Positions 29,065 through 39,176 of a stretch of 64,000 nucleotides of DNA are shown one piece after another. Under the pieces are notes generated by a model. The model searched no databases. It saw only the letters and a list, made by a program, of their open reading frames with translations, and was not told the DNA's origin. The first letter of the stretch is position 1; every line of letters starts with the position of its first letter. The position numbers and the translations under genes were made by a program. Origin of the DNA: an uncultured delta proteobacterium (GTDB lineage Bacteria; Desulfobacterota; Binatia; Binatales; Binataceae). The stretch is from assembly GCA_963711565.1 (NCBI GenBank), contig CAVQEQ010000002.1:240181-304180 (forward strand), read 5' to 3'.

Positions 29065-29421
29065 CTAGTCGCTGTCGTCCGGCGACCGCCGTGGAGTTCG
29101 CCGGCGAAAGAGGTACTTGGAAGGTGACTCGGTCAGGTCAACCTCATCAGGCATGCTCGTGGCCGCAAGGTCTCCTTCGCGTTCCGCTACCGGAAGCATG
29201 AAGGTAAAGTGGCAGCTTGCTGTGGCTATATCGATAGGCTTATTGCTGACTTCTTCAGGGGTGTTGCGAGTAAACCTCTGGTGACGAGTTGCCACTCTAG
29301 GAGTGCTACTGAGCGTGATGGCCGAGAGCGGTCTCGCGAGTTGCAAGACCGTGATAGTACAGAACAACGCTGCCAGCATTAAAGGCAGCAAGCGCCGCAT
29401 TTGACTTCTCTCTGTGAGCAT
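29065..29421 (-). CDS. small membrane-anchored hypothetical, paralog B
   Basis: MLTERSQMRRLLPLMLA...EEVSNKPID...FRRRTPRRSPDD. Confidence 0.6.
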   Translation of the reverse strand: MLTERSQMRRLLPLMLAALFCTITVLQLARPLSAITLSSTPRVATRHQRFTRNTPEEVSNKPIDIATASCHFTFMLPVAEREGDLAATSMPDEVDLTESPSKYLFRRRTPRRSPDDSD

Positions 29422-29658
29422 CCGCAATAGCTGCTCCAACGCATTGACCAACTCTGAAGCACGAAACGGAAGCCAACCACTGCCTCCGGATGAAGTCAAG
29501 CGGTCATATAAAGTCACCGCGCAGAACGCTTATCGTCTTGGCATCGCGTTATGGGAATTCGCCGGACATTCGCTGCGACCCATTTCGGATTTTCTTGTAA
29601 CCCGCGCGGGAGCGTTTCGTCTTCTGGTTAGGGCGTAGGTCCTCGGGTTTCGAGATAT

Positions 29659-29985
29659 ATGAGAACTACTCGATCTAGATTATTCATCAGCGCGACGGCA
29701 CTTCTTCTGCTGGCTTGTCTCGTATTGCCGGGTTCGTCACGGGCACAAGGGATCGACGGAGTCTCGCAATTGTTGGGCGGGTTAGGACTCTCGGGCAATT
29801 CGGGCCAAACCGCCGCCGCCCCTGTCACAGTCCAGCGTAACGCTCCGCCCTATACTGGGATGTTCAGCGGCAAGGAAACGTCGGGCTCCGAAACCAGGAG
29901 TCTGGATGCCAAGTTTCAGTGCTATCCGGCGCATGACCCCGCTTTCGAACAGACCGACGCGTTCATCTGCTATGCCGCCCAGTGA
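29659..29985 (+). CDS. small secreted hypothetical protein
   Basis: signal peptide ending SRA-Q; two C-terminal Cys. Confidence 0.65.
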   Translation: MRTTRSRLFISATALLLLACLVLPGSSRAQGIDGVSQLLGGLGLSGNSGQTAAAPVTVQRNAPPYTGMFSGKETSGSETRSLDAKFQCYPAHDPAFEQTDAFICYAAQ

Positions 29986-30903
29986 ATGACCTGACGGCGA
30001 GTCGCTAGAAGTCTCAACCGAGCGTCGTCCGTTAGCGAGGCACGCGCGCTCGCACGGGCGAGAGTCAACTTCATTCACGCTGGCTGCAACGTCTCGGACA
30101 GGGCTCGCGGTTACGGCAGTCTCTCCATTAATGTCCGAGGCCGCGGCGGCGGCCATGCAGCGGAGCTTGACGATCTCGCGCGGAGAGCCGGCCAGTACGT
30201 AGCTCAAGATCCGATACACCTCGACGTTCACCACCAGATCGGTATGCAGGCCGTCAACTTCATAGTTATCGCCGTTCTCGGTGGCAGCGAATCTCCAATC
30301 AACTATCCCGTCCTGTCGAGAATATATCGAAGTGAAACGGACGCCGGGCGGCAACTGGGCGCCGTGAGTTTCTTTTGAAAAGCAACACGTACATCGTTCA
30401 GTCCCGCAATCCTGAGGCGTCTCGATGAACCTTTGAAAAAATGTATGAATCGCGAACAGCGCCGACCGCACTTCGGGCGTGACAGCCTGCCATCCGCTGC
30501 GCAAAGGTGAACCAATCGCAATGACATGACGGACCAGCTCGGGGCGCTGCCGAGCGAGAGCGCAGCCGACTAATCCGCCCAAGCTATGGCCGATGATAAC
30601 AATCGGGCCTCCCGCCTCTTTCGAGATTTCTTCCAGACGCCCCAGCATGCGCTCGACCTTGCGCTGCGGGCATCCCACGTTCACGCTGATCCCCGAGTGG
30701 TGCGTGCGATACCCAATCTGTTGTAGCCATGGCGACATCGTGTTGAACGTCCAGTCGCCGGCGGTAAAGCCCGGAATCAACAGAATCGCATGGCCTTGTC
30801 CTTTGGGAATACCGTTGCCCTGAAAGACAGGATCCAAAAGAAGAGCTGAGCGCTTGCTGCTGTAGTCTCGGTATGCGCTGTATATGAAAGTGCCTACGGC
30901 CAA
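29782..30903 (-). CDS. alpha/beta hydrolase (lipase/esterase)
   Basis: LLIPGF, GHSLGG, TSIYSRQDGIVDW, H in VDGLH; ends uncertain and the tail overlaps the opposite gene. Confidence 0.82.
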   Translation of the reverse strand: MAVGTFIYSAYRDYSSKRSALLLDPVFQGNGIPKGQGHAILLIPGFTAGDWTFNTMSPWLQQIGYRTHHSGISVNVGCPQRKVERMLGRLEEISKEAGGPIVIIGHSLGGLVGCALARQRPELVRHVIAIGSPLRSGWQAVTPEVRSALFAIHTFFQRFIETPQDCGTERCTCCFSKETHGAQLPPGVRFTSIYSRQDGIVDWRFAATENGDNYEVDGLHTDLVVNVEVYRILSYVLAGSPREIVKLRCMAAAAASDINGETAVTASPVRDVAASVNEVDSRPCERACLANGRRSVETSSDSPSGHSLGGIADERVGLFESGVMRRIALKLGIQTPGFGARRFLAAEHPSIGRSVTLDCDRGGGGLARIARES

Positions 30904-31184
30904 CGCTTTAACTCCTGCTACCGGAGATAGAGCAAAAGCCGCGCCGACCCGAATCCCTGAAAACCCTTCAGCGCTCGAGTTTATTTTACCGCTGGTGTGT
31001 AAAATCTATATTGTAAAATCTGCGGGCTGGGTGAACCGCGCGGACTACGCCATCGAATCGGTTTTCGTCTTCTTTCTTCTCTAAGCACCCTCTCGCGCAG
31101 CGGGCCCGATGACGCTAGTATTCTGGCGTCATCGGGCCGGCGTTGCCGGCCGTTGAGTTCCTGTCACTTAGTTGAGGAGGCCTC

Positions 31185-31622
31185 ATGTCATTCCCGCGTC
31201 TCTTAGTGTTTGCAATCTTCCTGACACTTGCGGCAGCGCCCCTGGCTTCCCGGCCCGCGTGGGCCGCCGGCGAAGTAACCACGCCAAGCGGCCTGCGCAT
31301 CATCAACGTCAAGCCGGGCACCGGACCCGTGCCGCAAGCCGGCCAGACCGTGACGGTCAACTACACAGGCTGGCTGTTCGTCAACGGCAAAAAGGGCAAG
31401 AAATTCGATAGCTCGCTCGACCGTGGCCAGCCGTTTTCTTTCACGCTCGGCCAGGGCCAGGTCATCAAGGGCTGGGACGAAGGCCTCGCCACCATGCATG
31501 TCGGGGGCAAGCGCACGCTGATCATTCCGCCGGACTTGGGCTATGGCGCAAGCGGCGCCGGCGCCGACATCCCGCCGGGAGCCACTCTGATATTCGAGGT
31601 CGATCTTCTCAGCGTGAAGTAG
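31185..31622 (+). CDS. FKBP-type peptidyl-prolyl isomerase, exported
   Basis: [39 protein letters not shown]. Confidence 0.96.
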   Translation: MSFPRLLVFAIFLTLAAAPLASRPAWAAGEVTTPSGLRIINVKPGTGPVPQAGQTVTVNYTGWLFVNGKKGKKFDSSLDRGQPFSFTLGQGQVIKGWDEGLATMHVGGKRTLIIPPDLGYGASGAGADIPPGATLIFEVDLLSVK

Positions 31623-31948
31623 CGGCGCTCGGCAGAGAACGCGAAAATCGCAGACTGGATGGCGGATGACGCAGTCTGGTGTGAACGAGTCTCAGCAGTA
31701 GATTCGCAATTGCTCGGTGGGACGTTGCGGCCGTGAAACAGGTCGAAGCGTTCAAAGCCCGTAACTCTATCGATATCGGCTACGATCTATCCAGAGTTAC
31801 ATCCGGCGTCAACTGATCAACATACCCGACCCTGCCCGCAGGTCGCGAGCTTGGACCTGACGATTTCACGCTCGAACCGTTCTAGTCTTCCGGCAGTCGA
31901 TTTGAGAAAATTTGAAGGCGCAACACCTGAAGGCAAACCGTACGCGCA

Positions 31949-33463
31949 ATGATGTTGAGATTCTCCCTGCACGCATTTTTTCTCGTTTCCGCACTGGGGT
32001 TCGTACTCCCTTCGCAAGCCCTTGCGCAGCTATCGATTCCGGGCAAGGTGATGACCTACCGAACTCTCGACCTCGACTCGGGGGAAGAGCTGGAACGGTC
32101 GCGCAGCTGGCAGGTATTGGATGCCCATCGCGCCCGGGAGTTAACGGCGATCACTTACGCGATCGGAACCGAAGTCGTCGGCGAATGCACTTTCGCGAAT
32201 GGATTCGATCGGCCGGCCACGACCTTCCGATCGATCATGCGCAGCAAGACGGGTGAGCTCGAACGCTCCGATTTTGACACGTTCGATCCCAGCTACTATC
32301 CGTTTCTCGCCAAACCTATCGCCGCGAACGCGCAACCCGGCGCCTGCGTGTCAAAGAGGTCTCTCGATTTGGGGACTCTTGTGCGCGGAGGTCAAATCGA
32401 GACCTGGATTTGGTCCGACGGCGGATCTGTCGGGGCGATTTTTCGACCCGAAGATAACGAGAAGCTGGCTGTACCGGCCGGCACCTTCGATTCCCTGCGG
32501 GTCCGTATCGATCTCGATCTGAGCAAGGTTTTTCCGCACGTACCGGAGCTGTTCCTCAAGCTGGTCAAGCCTCATTTCACCATTTGGATTACGTGCCGCG
32601 AACCTTACTACGTGCTCAAGATGGCGGGATTTGGCACGCCAAATAGCAAACTGCACACGAACACCGTGACCGAGTTGGCCTCGATTGGCGAACTGACTGC
32701 GAACGATTCGAAAATACCTGCTGAACTGGCGCAGGCCGATTCTGCCGGCGAACAGCCGCGCCTCCATGCCATCAACTCCGGCAGCTTCAGGCAAGGAGAT
32801 CGCGCCGGTCACGTGACGTTCGCCAGCGCGTCGACCCCCGCGGGCGAGGAGCTGGCGGCTCGTGTCGCATTCAGCAATGGGCTGGCAACTGAAAGCCGCA
32901 CGCTAATAGATCGCGGCGCATCGCCGGCCACAGTCTACCTGGACGATCGCAGCCTTGCTGCGAACGGCGCGCTCGTTCGTAAGCATGTCATTTTCTTTCG
33001 TAAAGCCGCTTTTCCTAACGATCCAAAGAAGGACCTACCTGCGGATCTGTACGGGGCGGACATGACGCTTGGCGCTATCCTGCCGCGTCTGCTGCCTGAA
33101 GGAAGCGACGAGGCGAGTTTTCACGTGATGGATTTTTCAGGTGAGGTGAACCAGCTGACCATTCACCGCGACGGGATGATGACGGTTGCTCTGGGTGGCG
33201 ACGACAAGAGCTCGATTCATGCGAAGCTGAAGCCCATCGTCGATACTCCGATTCTGATGCGACCGCTGGCGTACTTCTTCATTCCTTCATTCGACGCCTA
33301 CTTCGATGCCGATTCGGGCCATCGCCTGCTGAAGTTCGAGGGTCCGCTTGGTCCGCCTGGCGTTCCGAACGCGACGATGCTTGCCGATGAGAGGTTATCG
33401 GGCTCTGCAGACGGTGCGGCACTTCCTGGGAATCAGCAGGATCAGGATTTCAGCCCTCGATAA
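31949..33463 (+). CDS. secreted hypothetical protein with two related beta-rich domains
   Basis: signal peptide ALA-Q; VPAGTFD; both halves end in similar P.F..W/F...P/H...LK..G..G.P. Confidence 0.75.
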   Translation: MMLRFSLHAFFLVSALGFVLPSQALAQLSIPGKVMTYRTLDLDSGEELERSRSWQVLDAHRARELTAITYAIGTEVVGECTFANGFDRPATTFRSIMRSKTGELERSDFDTFDPSYYPFLAKPIAANAQPGACVSKRSLDLGTLVRGGQIETWIWSDGGSVGAIFRPEDNEKLAVPAGTFDSLRVRIDLDLSKVFPHVPELFLKLVKPHFTIWITCREPYYVLKMAGFGTPNSKLHTNTVTELASIGELTANDSKIPAELAQADSAGEQPRLHAINSGSFRQGDRAGHVTFASASTPAGEELAARVAFSNGLATESRTLIDRGASPATVYLDDRSLAANGALVRKHVIFFRKAAFPNDPKKDLPADLYGADMTLGAILPRLLPEGSDEASFHVMDFSGEVNQLTIHRDGMMTVALGGDDKSSIHAKLKPIVDTPILMRPLAYFFIPSFDAYFDADSGHRLLKFEGPLGPPGVPNATMLADERLSGSADGAALPGNQQDQDFSPR

Positions 33464-33633
33464 CTGCTAGCGGGCACCAAGAAATCCCTCCTAGGCAGGT
33501 GCGAATCGAACACGCATGGATTGGTTTTCATGCGCCACGAGTTCGGGCGTCGCGGTTACTCGGTATTCTGCCGCGATTTTGTCGCACATCGCGACCGAAT
33601 CCAAGCTTCTCCGTTGGATGCATACGCCGGAAA

Positions 33634-34413
33634 ATGCAAAATAGTTCGCCCGGACTTGACGGGTCGGCATCTGTGCAGCGGTTCACTCTGCCCAGTCTCA
33701 CGAAGGATATAAGCTACGACTTGGGCAGCAACAAATTCGACGGAGCCTACTTCGCATTGGATCTTCAGGTCGCGCCAGGCGCGCCACATACAACCGCTGT
33801 CAGCCTTGGAAACACGAGCGTAAGTCCGGAAGCAGAGGGGGGCGTCGTAATTTACGACGACGCGACCCCTCGCACCAACATCGCGGACGGATGGGATGCC
33901 GCGCCGGATCTTTACGATTCGCTTCAATGGGGCGCCGACGATACGGTGCTTTATGCCGCCAACACGGAAGACACCGCCTTCGACTTCTATAGCCTCGCGA
34001 TCAACTCGATGGGGGTCGCGTCGGACGACGATTATTCGGCCACTTTTGCATCTTTCAACGACAATATTCATTTCGACCAAACTACCGGACTCATCTATGC
34101 GGACTATGGCCTCGTTATAAATCCTTCGAATGCGCAGCTGGTCGGCACTTTCTCGCCAAGCAACTTTCCGACCGTGATGGTGCCTGATTCGACGCTGAAC
34201 GGGGCATTCTTTATCGAAGACGGCGGCACCCTCCAAAGCTTCAATCTGGATGAGTTCACTCGCATAAACTCCATCACAATCCCGGATTTTCAGGGAGACA
34301 TCGTCGACTATCCCGGTGCTTTCATTCGAATCGTCCGATTTGGCAACAATGGCCTCGCCTTCAATACCTACGATGGCCCCGTTTACCTGATCGGCGGGAA
34401 TTTCGTGCACTGA
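33634..34413 (+). pseudogene. C-terminal fragment of a beta-propeller surface protein
   Basis: LQVAPGAPHTTAVS, SLQWG.D...LYA, RFG.NGLAF; no signal peptide, apparently 5'-truncated. Confidence 0.5.
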
Positions 34414-34672
34414 GGGCTAATAAGACGACAGGTGAGAAGGGGCACCGGCTCAGTTCTCAACAGAGAGAATCGCGCACGAGTCAGCTGCCGACCGCCGAAT
34501 CCGAGCTTCTTCGGTGCCCACAGAAGCTCGAGCGCGGCAGCATGACACCGGTTCATACTCGCGCTTCTACTCCGCAAGACCCTGAAGCGAAAGGCTGCCT
34601 AGTCGTTACATCGGTCGGAAATCGCCGTGCCGCGAGTGCGCCCGGGCCTTGCGGGACAAAGGCGGTGGTACT

Positions 34673-35113
34673 ATGAGGTCGGGCGTGGCTGGCGAACGTC
34701 CGGATGCGGAGATCATGGCGCCGATCGAGCGGATCGCGCGGTTCATGGAAACTCTCGATTCCCAATTTCTCAACGATTCCTTCGCGGGCGGAGAGGTCGT
34801 GCTGATCGAGAATTTCCCGCCCTACGTTTTCGAGGGCGGCGATGCAGTTGCGCGATGGGCGACAGGTTTCGCGGAGCATGCGAAAAATATCAGGGATCTC
34901 CGACATTCTTTCGGCGATCCGCACGATTTTCACCAAGACGGCGAGCTTGCGTTCCTTTCTCTGCCTACGACCTGGCGAGGCACAATCGGCGCAAGGTCAT
35001 TCATCGAAACCGGCGGCTGGGCCTTCGTGCTCGTGAAGCATGCAGGCAGCTGGCGCGTGCGGAACTATGGTTGGGCGGTGACGAGCGTCGCCCTAAAGGC
35101 CCGCGCCAGTTGA
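34673..35113 (+). CDS. SnoaL/NTF2-like protein
   Basis: F....V.IENFPPYVFEG..AV..W; ETGGWAFVLVK.AG.WRV..YGW. Confidence 0.75.
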   Translation: MRSGVAGERPDAEIMAPIERIARFMETLDSQFLNDSFAGGEVVLIENFPPYVFEGGDAVARWATGFAEHAKNIRDLRHSFGDPHDFHQDGELAFLSLPTTWRGTIGARSFIETGGWAFVLVKHAGSWRVRNYGWAVTSVALKARAS

Positions 35114-35115
35114 TT

Positions 35116-35238
35116 CATCCCGAAGGGACCAAGGATCCGATCGGACGCTTCGAGGCGACGATGGGCCCGGTCAGCGAACAAGCGAAGGAGCGATTCTACA
35201 GCCGCAACCTCGCCGAGATGATGAGTGACGCCGCATGA
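35116..35238 (+). pseudogene. C-terminal remnant of amidohydrolase-family gene
   Basis: HPEGTKDPIGRFEATM...KERFYSRN.AEMM resembles the end of amidohydrolase_2 proteins. Confidence 0.5.
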
Positions 35239-35387
35239 CTTGAGTTCATCGGACGGGAACCGGGCAACTCTTGTCGAGCGAAAGATGAATCGCTCCAGCC
35301 TTTGGGTAAGCCGTGCTGGGAGTTTCGCGCGCCGACCTTACATACAAACTAGGAAACCATTGGATTGAAGCCGGCCGAGAAACTTCG

Positions 35388-36164
35388 TCAACTATCCGCG
35401 ATCACGATCCAGGTGGGCGCGTGATCACTCGCTTTTTCCCAGCCGCGAACTTCGCGATCGACGCCTGCGCTAATGAGTCGCGGCGCTGCCGACGGACTCA
35501 GAAGCAGATGATCGATACGCAAGCCCGCATCGCGCGCATAGTTGTTTCGGAAGTAATCCCAAAAAGTGTAGATACGCTCATCCGGATGCAGCTTGCGCAA
35601 AGAGTCAGTCCAGCCCATCGCGACAAGATTGGCGAACGCGCTGCGTACCTCCGGCAGAAAGAGCGCATCCTTGATCCAGTGTTCTGGCTTGTAGACGTCA
35701 ATCTCGGTCGGGATAACGTTGTAGTCGCCGGCCAGAACTACGGGCTCAGCCGTGGCGAGTAGCTCTTGCGCGTGATTCGTCAAGCGTTCCAACCATCGCA
35801 GTTTGTAATCGAACTTCGGGCCGGGCGCTGGATTGCCGTTAGGCAGATAGAGACATCCTACGCGCACACCGTTGATCAGCGCTTCAATATAGCGACTGTG
35901 TGTGTCGTCTGGATCGCCGGGCAGGCCGCGACGACTCTCGACAGGATCTGCGCCGCGAGCAAGGATTGCTACACCATTCCAGCTCTTCTGCCCGTGCCAG
36001 ATCACGCCATAGCCGGCTTCGCGAACAGCGACTTCGGGAAATTTCTCCTGAGGCGCCTTCAACTCCTGAAGACACGCGACATCCGGCTTGGATTCCGCGA
36101 GCCAGCGTAGCAGCGCCGGCAGGCGCGCACCGATGCCATTGACGTTGTAGGTCGCTATCTTCAT
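35388..36164 (-). CDS. xth: exodeoxyribonuclease III / AP endonuclease
   Basis: MKIATYNVNGI, CLQELK, NGVAIL, YLPNGN, GDYNV, GLRIDH, SDHAP. Confidence 0.96.
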   Translation of the reverse strand: MKIATYNVNGIGARLPALLRWLAESKPDVACLQELKAPQEKFPEVAVREAGYGVIWHGQKSWNGVAILARGADPVESRRGLPGDPDDTHSRYIEALINGVRVGCLYLPNGNPAPGPKFDYKLRWLERLTNHAQELLATAEPVVLAGDYNVIPTEIDVYKPEHWIKDALFLPEVRSAFANLVAMGWTDSLRKLHPDERIYTFWDYFRNNYARDAGLRIDHLLLSPSAAPRLISAGVDREVRGWEKASDHAPTWIVIADS

Positions 36165-36238
36165 TGAGCCTTCGATTGGTCCGCGACAGAGTCAGATCAA
36201 ACCTGTTACATCGCGCCAATGATTTGTAGACTTAGCTT

Positions 36239-37546
36239 GTGCCGAAGGAAGACGCTACCGAGTTGCTCTCGATAAACGGACACGAGGTTCGCGTTAGCAA
36301 CCCGAACAAGCTGTATTTCTCGAAGCAGACGAAGCTCTCGAAACTGGAGCTAATTCGCTATTACTTGTCGATCGCGCCGGGCGCGCTCGCTGGAATCTGC
36401 GACCGTCCCCTGGTCCTCAAGCGCTACGTCAACGGAGCCGAAGGCGAGGCCTTCTATCAGAAGCGCGCACCAGCGCAGCGCCCGCTGTGGCTGCGAACGA
36501 TAACGCTCGCGTTCCCCTCAGGCCGCACTGCGGAAGAAATCGTTGTCGATGACGCTGCAGGGCTTGCCTGGATCGTAAATCTTGGTTGCATCGAGCTGCA
36601 TCCGCATCCTGTGCGCTCCAGCAATCTCGATCATCCGGACGAGTTGAGGGTCGATCTCGATCCCGGTCCTGGCGTCAGTTGGCCGGACGTGCGCACTGTC
36701 GCGCTCGAGGTGAAGTCGATTCTGACTGAGATGGGCCTTCGCGGCTGGCCCAAGACCAGCGGGTCGCGCGGGATACACATCAACGTGCGGATCTTTCCGC
36801 GATGGACCTTCGACGAGGTGCGTCGGGCGGCGCTCGCTCTATCACGGGCGGTCGAACGGCGCGCGCCCACATTGGCCACATCTAAATGGTGGAAAGAGGA
36901 GCGGCATGGCGTTTTCCTCGACTACAATCAGAACGCGAAGGACCGCACGACCTGCTCGGCATATTCTGTGCGACCGGTCCTGGACGCTCGCGTCTCGGCG
37001 CCGCTTCACCGGCACGAAGTTCCTGACTGCGCGGCGTCCGACTTTACTGTGCTCACAATTCCGAAACGATTCGCCGAGATTGGCGATCCGCAAGAAGGCA
37101 TCGACGGGGCGGCGGGATCGCTCGAAAAACTACTCGAGCTTGCTGCACGAGACGAGGCCGCGGGCCTTGGCGATGCGCCCTGGCCGCCGCATTTTCGCAA
37201 GACGGAGAACGAACCGCGTCGGGTGGCACCTTCGCGCGCCAAGCCCGTCTCGAAACCGCCACGAACGAAGATGCCTTTGATTGTTGTTGCGAACTCACCA
37301 AGTAAGGCGGCCGCGCTTTCGGGTCTGGAAAGATGGCGCCACAAACATCCCGAGGTCGCGAAGCTTCTCGCCGCCGATGACGTGCTGGTCGATTCTATGC
37401 GGGGCAGATCGTCCAGCTGGACGCGAATTCGAATCAACCTGCGCCATGTGCCCGAAGAACTACGGCCTCTGAATGAAACTCCCGATCCTGATGACGACCC
37501 AACTCGCGAATGGCGCAAGATGCACGCGTCGAAGAAATCTACTTGA
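36239..37546 (+). CDS. LigD polymerase-domain / Prim-PolC-like primase-polymerase
   Basis: FYQKRAP, NLGCIELH, PDELRVDLDP, KTSGSRGIH, DYNQNAKDRT, SAYSVR. Confidence 0.92.
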   Translation: MPKEDATELLSINGHEVRVSNPNKLYFSKQTKLSKLELIRYYLSIAPGALAGICDRPLVLKRYVNGAEGEAFYQKRAPAQRPLWLRTITLAFPSGRTAEEIVVDDAAGLAWIVNLGCIELHPHPVRSSNLDHPDELRVDLDPGPGVSWPDVRTVALEVKSILTEMGLRGWPKTSGSRGIHINVRIFPRWTFDEVRRAALALSRAVERRAPTLATSKWWKEERHGVFLDYNQNAKDRTTCSAYSVRPVLDARVSAPLHRHEVPDCAASDFTVLTIPKRFAEIGDPQEGIDGAAGSLEKLLELAARDEAAGLGDAPWPPHFRKTENEPRRVAPSRAKPVSKPPRTKMPLIVVANSPSKAAALSGLERWRHKHPEVAKLLAADDVLVDSMRGRSSSWTRIRINLRHVPEELRPLNETPDPDDDPTREWRKMHASKKST

Positions 37547-37558
37547 GCAGAGTACGCC

Positions 37559-38641
37559 CTAGATGTCTCCCGCGAAAATCGCTTTCAGCTCGTGCGGCGG
37601 AACGACTTCAAGCTGCGCGTAGGTGCAATCGCGCGGCTTCTTGTCGGTACGCCATTTCCGGAACTGCGCCATATGACGGAATCGCCTGCCCTGCATATGC
37701 TCGTACGCAACTTCGACTACCAGTTCGGGTCGGAGAGGCTCCCAAGACAGATCCTTGCCGTGGCTCCAACGGCTCTGGCCTCCCGGCATCCGATGCGTTG
37801 CGTCATTTGAAGTCAGCTCGTCCCACGACTTCCATGGATGATCGGCGAGAGCGTCGCGCCGATAGGAAGCCAGAAACTTCACCAGCTCCCGGCGCTTGGT
37901 TTGCGTGAAGCTCGCGCAAACGCCGACGTGTTGCAGAGCGCCCGAATCGTCATATAGGCCGAGCAGCAGCGAGCCCACGGCCGTCTCCTCGCCTCCTTTG
38001 TGCCATCGAAAGCCGGCCACGACGCAATCGCAGTCGCGCTCATGCTTAACCTTGAACATCACCCGCTTGTCAGGTTGATAGGTAGCGGAAATCGGCTTGG
38101 CCATAACCCCGTCGAGGCCCGCGCCTTCAAAACGCCTGAACCAATCCGACGCGACACTTGCTTCACGAGTCGCCGGAGTCAGATGGATTGGCGGCGTCGC
38201 GCGTGCCAGCAACGACTCCAACTTTTCGCGCCGCCGCTCGAACGGTTCGCTCCGCCAATCGCTATCGCCTTCGCACAACAGATCGAAAAAGACGATCGAC
38301 GCCGGACTCTGTTGCGACAGCAGTTTCACCCGCGAGGCAGCCGGATGAATCCGAAGCTGCAATTCCTCGAAGTCGAGCCCGTCGTTCTTTGCGACCACGA
38401 TCTCGCCGTCGAGAACACATCGGGCGGGAAGCTGCGAACCCAGTGTCTCGACTAACTCTGGGAAGTATCGATTCAGGGATTTCGCATCGCGGCTCTGAAT
38501 GAGGATTTCGTCCCCATCGCGAAAGACCAACGCGCGAAACCCATCCCACTTCGGTTCGAAGATCCAGGTTTGGCCCGCCGGCAACTCGTTAGTCCGCTTC
38601 GCGAGCATCGGCAGCACCGGCGGGTTCACGGGAAGATGCAC
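37559..38641 (-). CDS. ligC: ATP-dependent DNA ligase, LigC type
   Basis: PMLAK, FEPKWDGFR, LDGEIV, LDGVMAK, KVKHER, GSLLLGLYD, RFRH, WR.DK. Confidence 0.93.
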   Translation of the reverse strand: MHLPVNPPVLPMLAKRTNELPAGQTWIFEPKWDGFRALVFRDGDEILIQSRDAKSLNRYFPELVETLGSQLPARCVLDGEIVVAKNDGLDFEELQLRIHPAASRVKLLSQQSPASIVFFDLLCEGDSDWRSEPFERRREKLESLLARATPPIHLTPATREASVASDWFRRFEGAGLDGVMAKPISATYQPDKRVMFKVKHERDCDCVVAGFRWHKGGEETAVGSLLLGLYDDSGALQHVGVCASFTQTKRRELVKFLASYRRDALADHPWKSWDELTSNDATHRMPGGQSRWSHGKDLSWEPLRPELVVEVAYEHMQGRRFRHMAQFRKWRTDKKPRDCTYAQLEVVPPHELKAIFAGDI

Positions 38642-39176
38642 GCTTCCACGCTATTACCGCGATGCGAGCGAAATCTACAACTGGTTCGCCGAATGCTTCG
38701 ACAGCCCGATCGCAACCTAAGTGAGAAGCGTCAAGAACGTTACGTCCTCGACCGGCTATCTGGTGGACAAGACAACCGACCAGATCCTTGAGCAGGTAGT
38801 CAACTACTACAATCGACAGGGCTGGTCGTCCTGATGAATCAAGCCCCAGGCGCTAATGTGCGATCACCAGAGCGCTTCCGAAGAGGGCAATGCAATCGCG
38901 AAGCCTGCGCATACGTGGCAGAAGCAGGAGGAGTATGAATACTGTGTAAAGGGCCGTTCCCAAGAGCAGCGGAGTCGCCGTGCGCGGCGGTCGAAGGGCT
39001 CGAACTCCGGCTCGCCTACGAATGCTGGAGCCCGCCGATCGTCACCCAGGTCGCGACTTGACACCGAGATCAGTGAATGGCAGGAATCGAGCTTTGAAAG
39101 CTAAAAAGGAAATTCCGGCTTACTGTCTGCTGCCCCCTCTCAATCGTTGTCCTGATGTTATGGCTGGATCACCTGG

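Noticed and set aside
31651-31697. Intact tRNA gene
   Set aside because: No cloverleaf or complete T-loop; only a 3'-end resemblance
38650-39170. Short ORFs between ligC and the RND operon
   Set aside because: No convincing start or family; at most gene remnants
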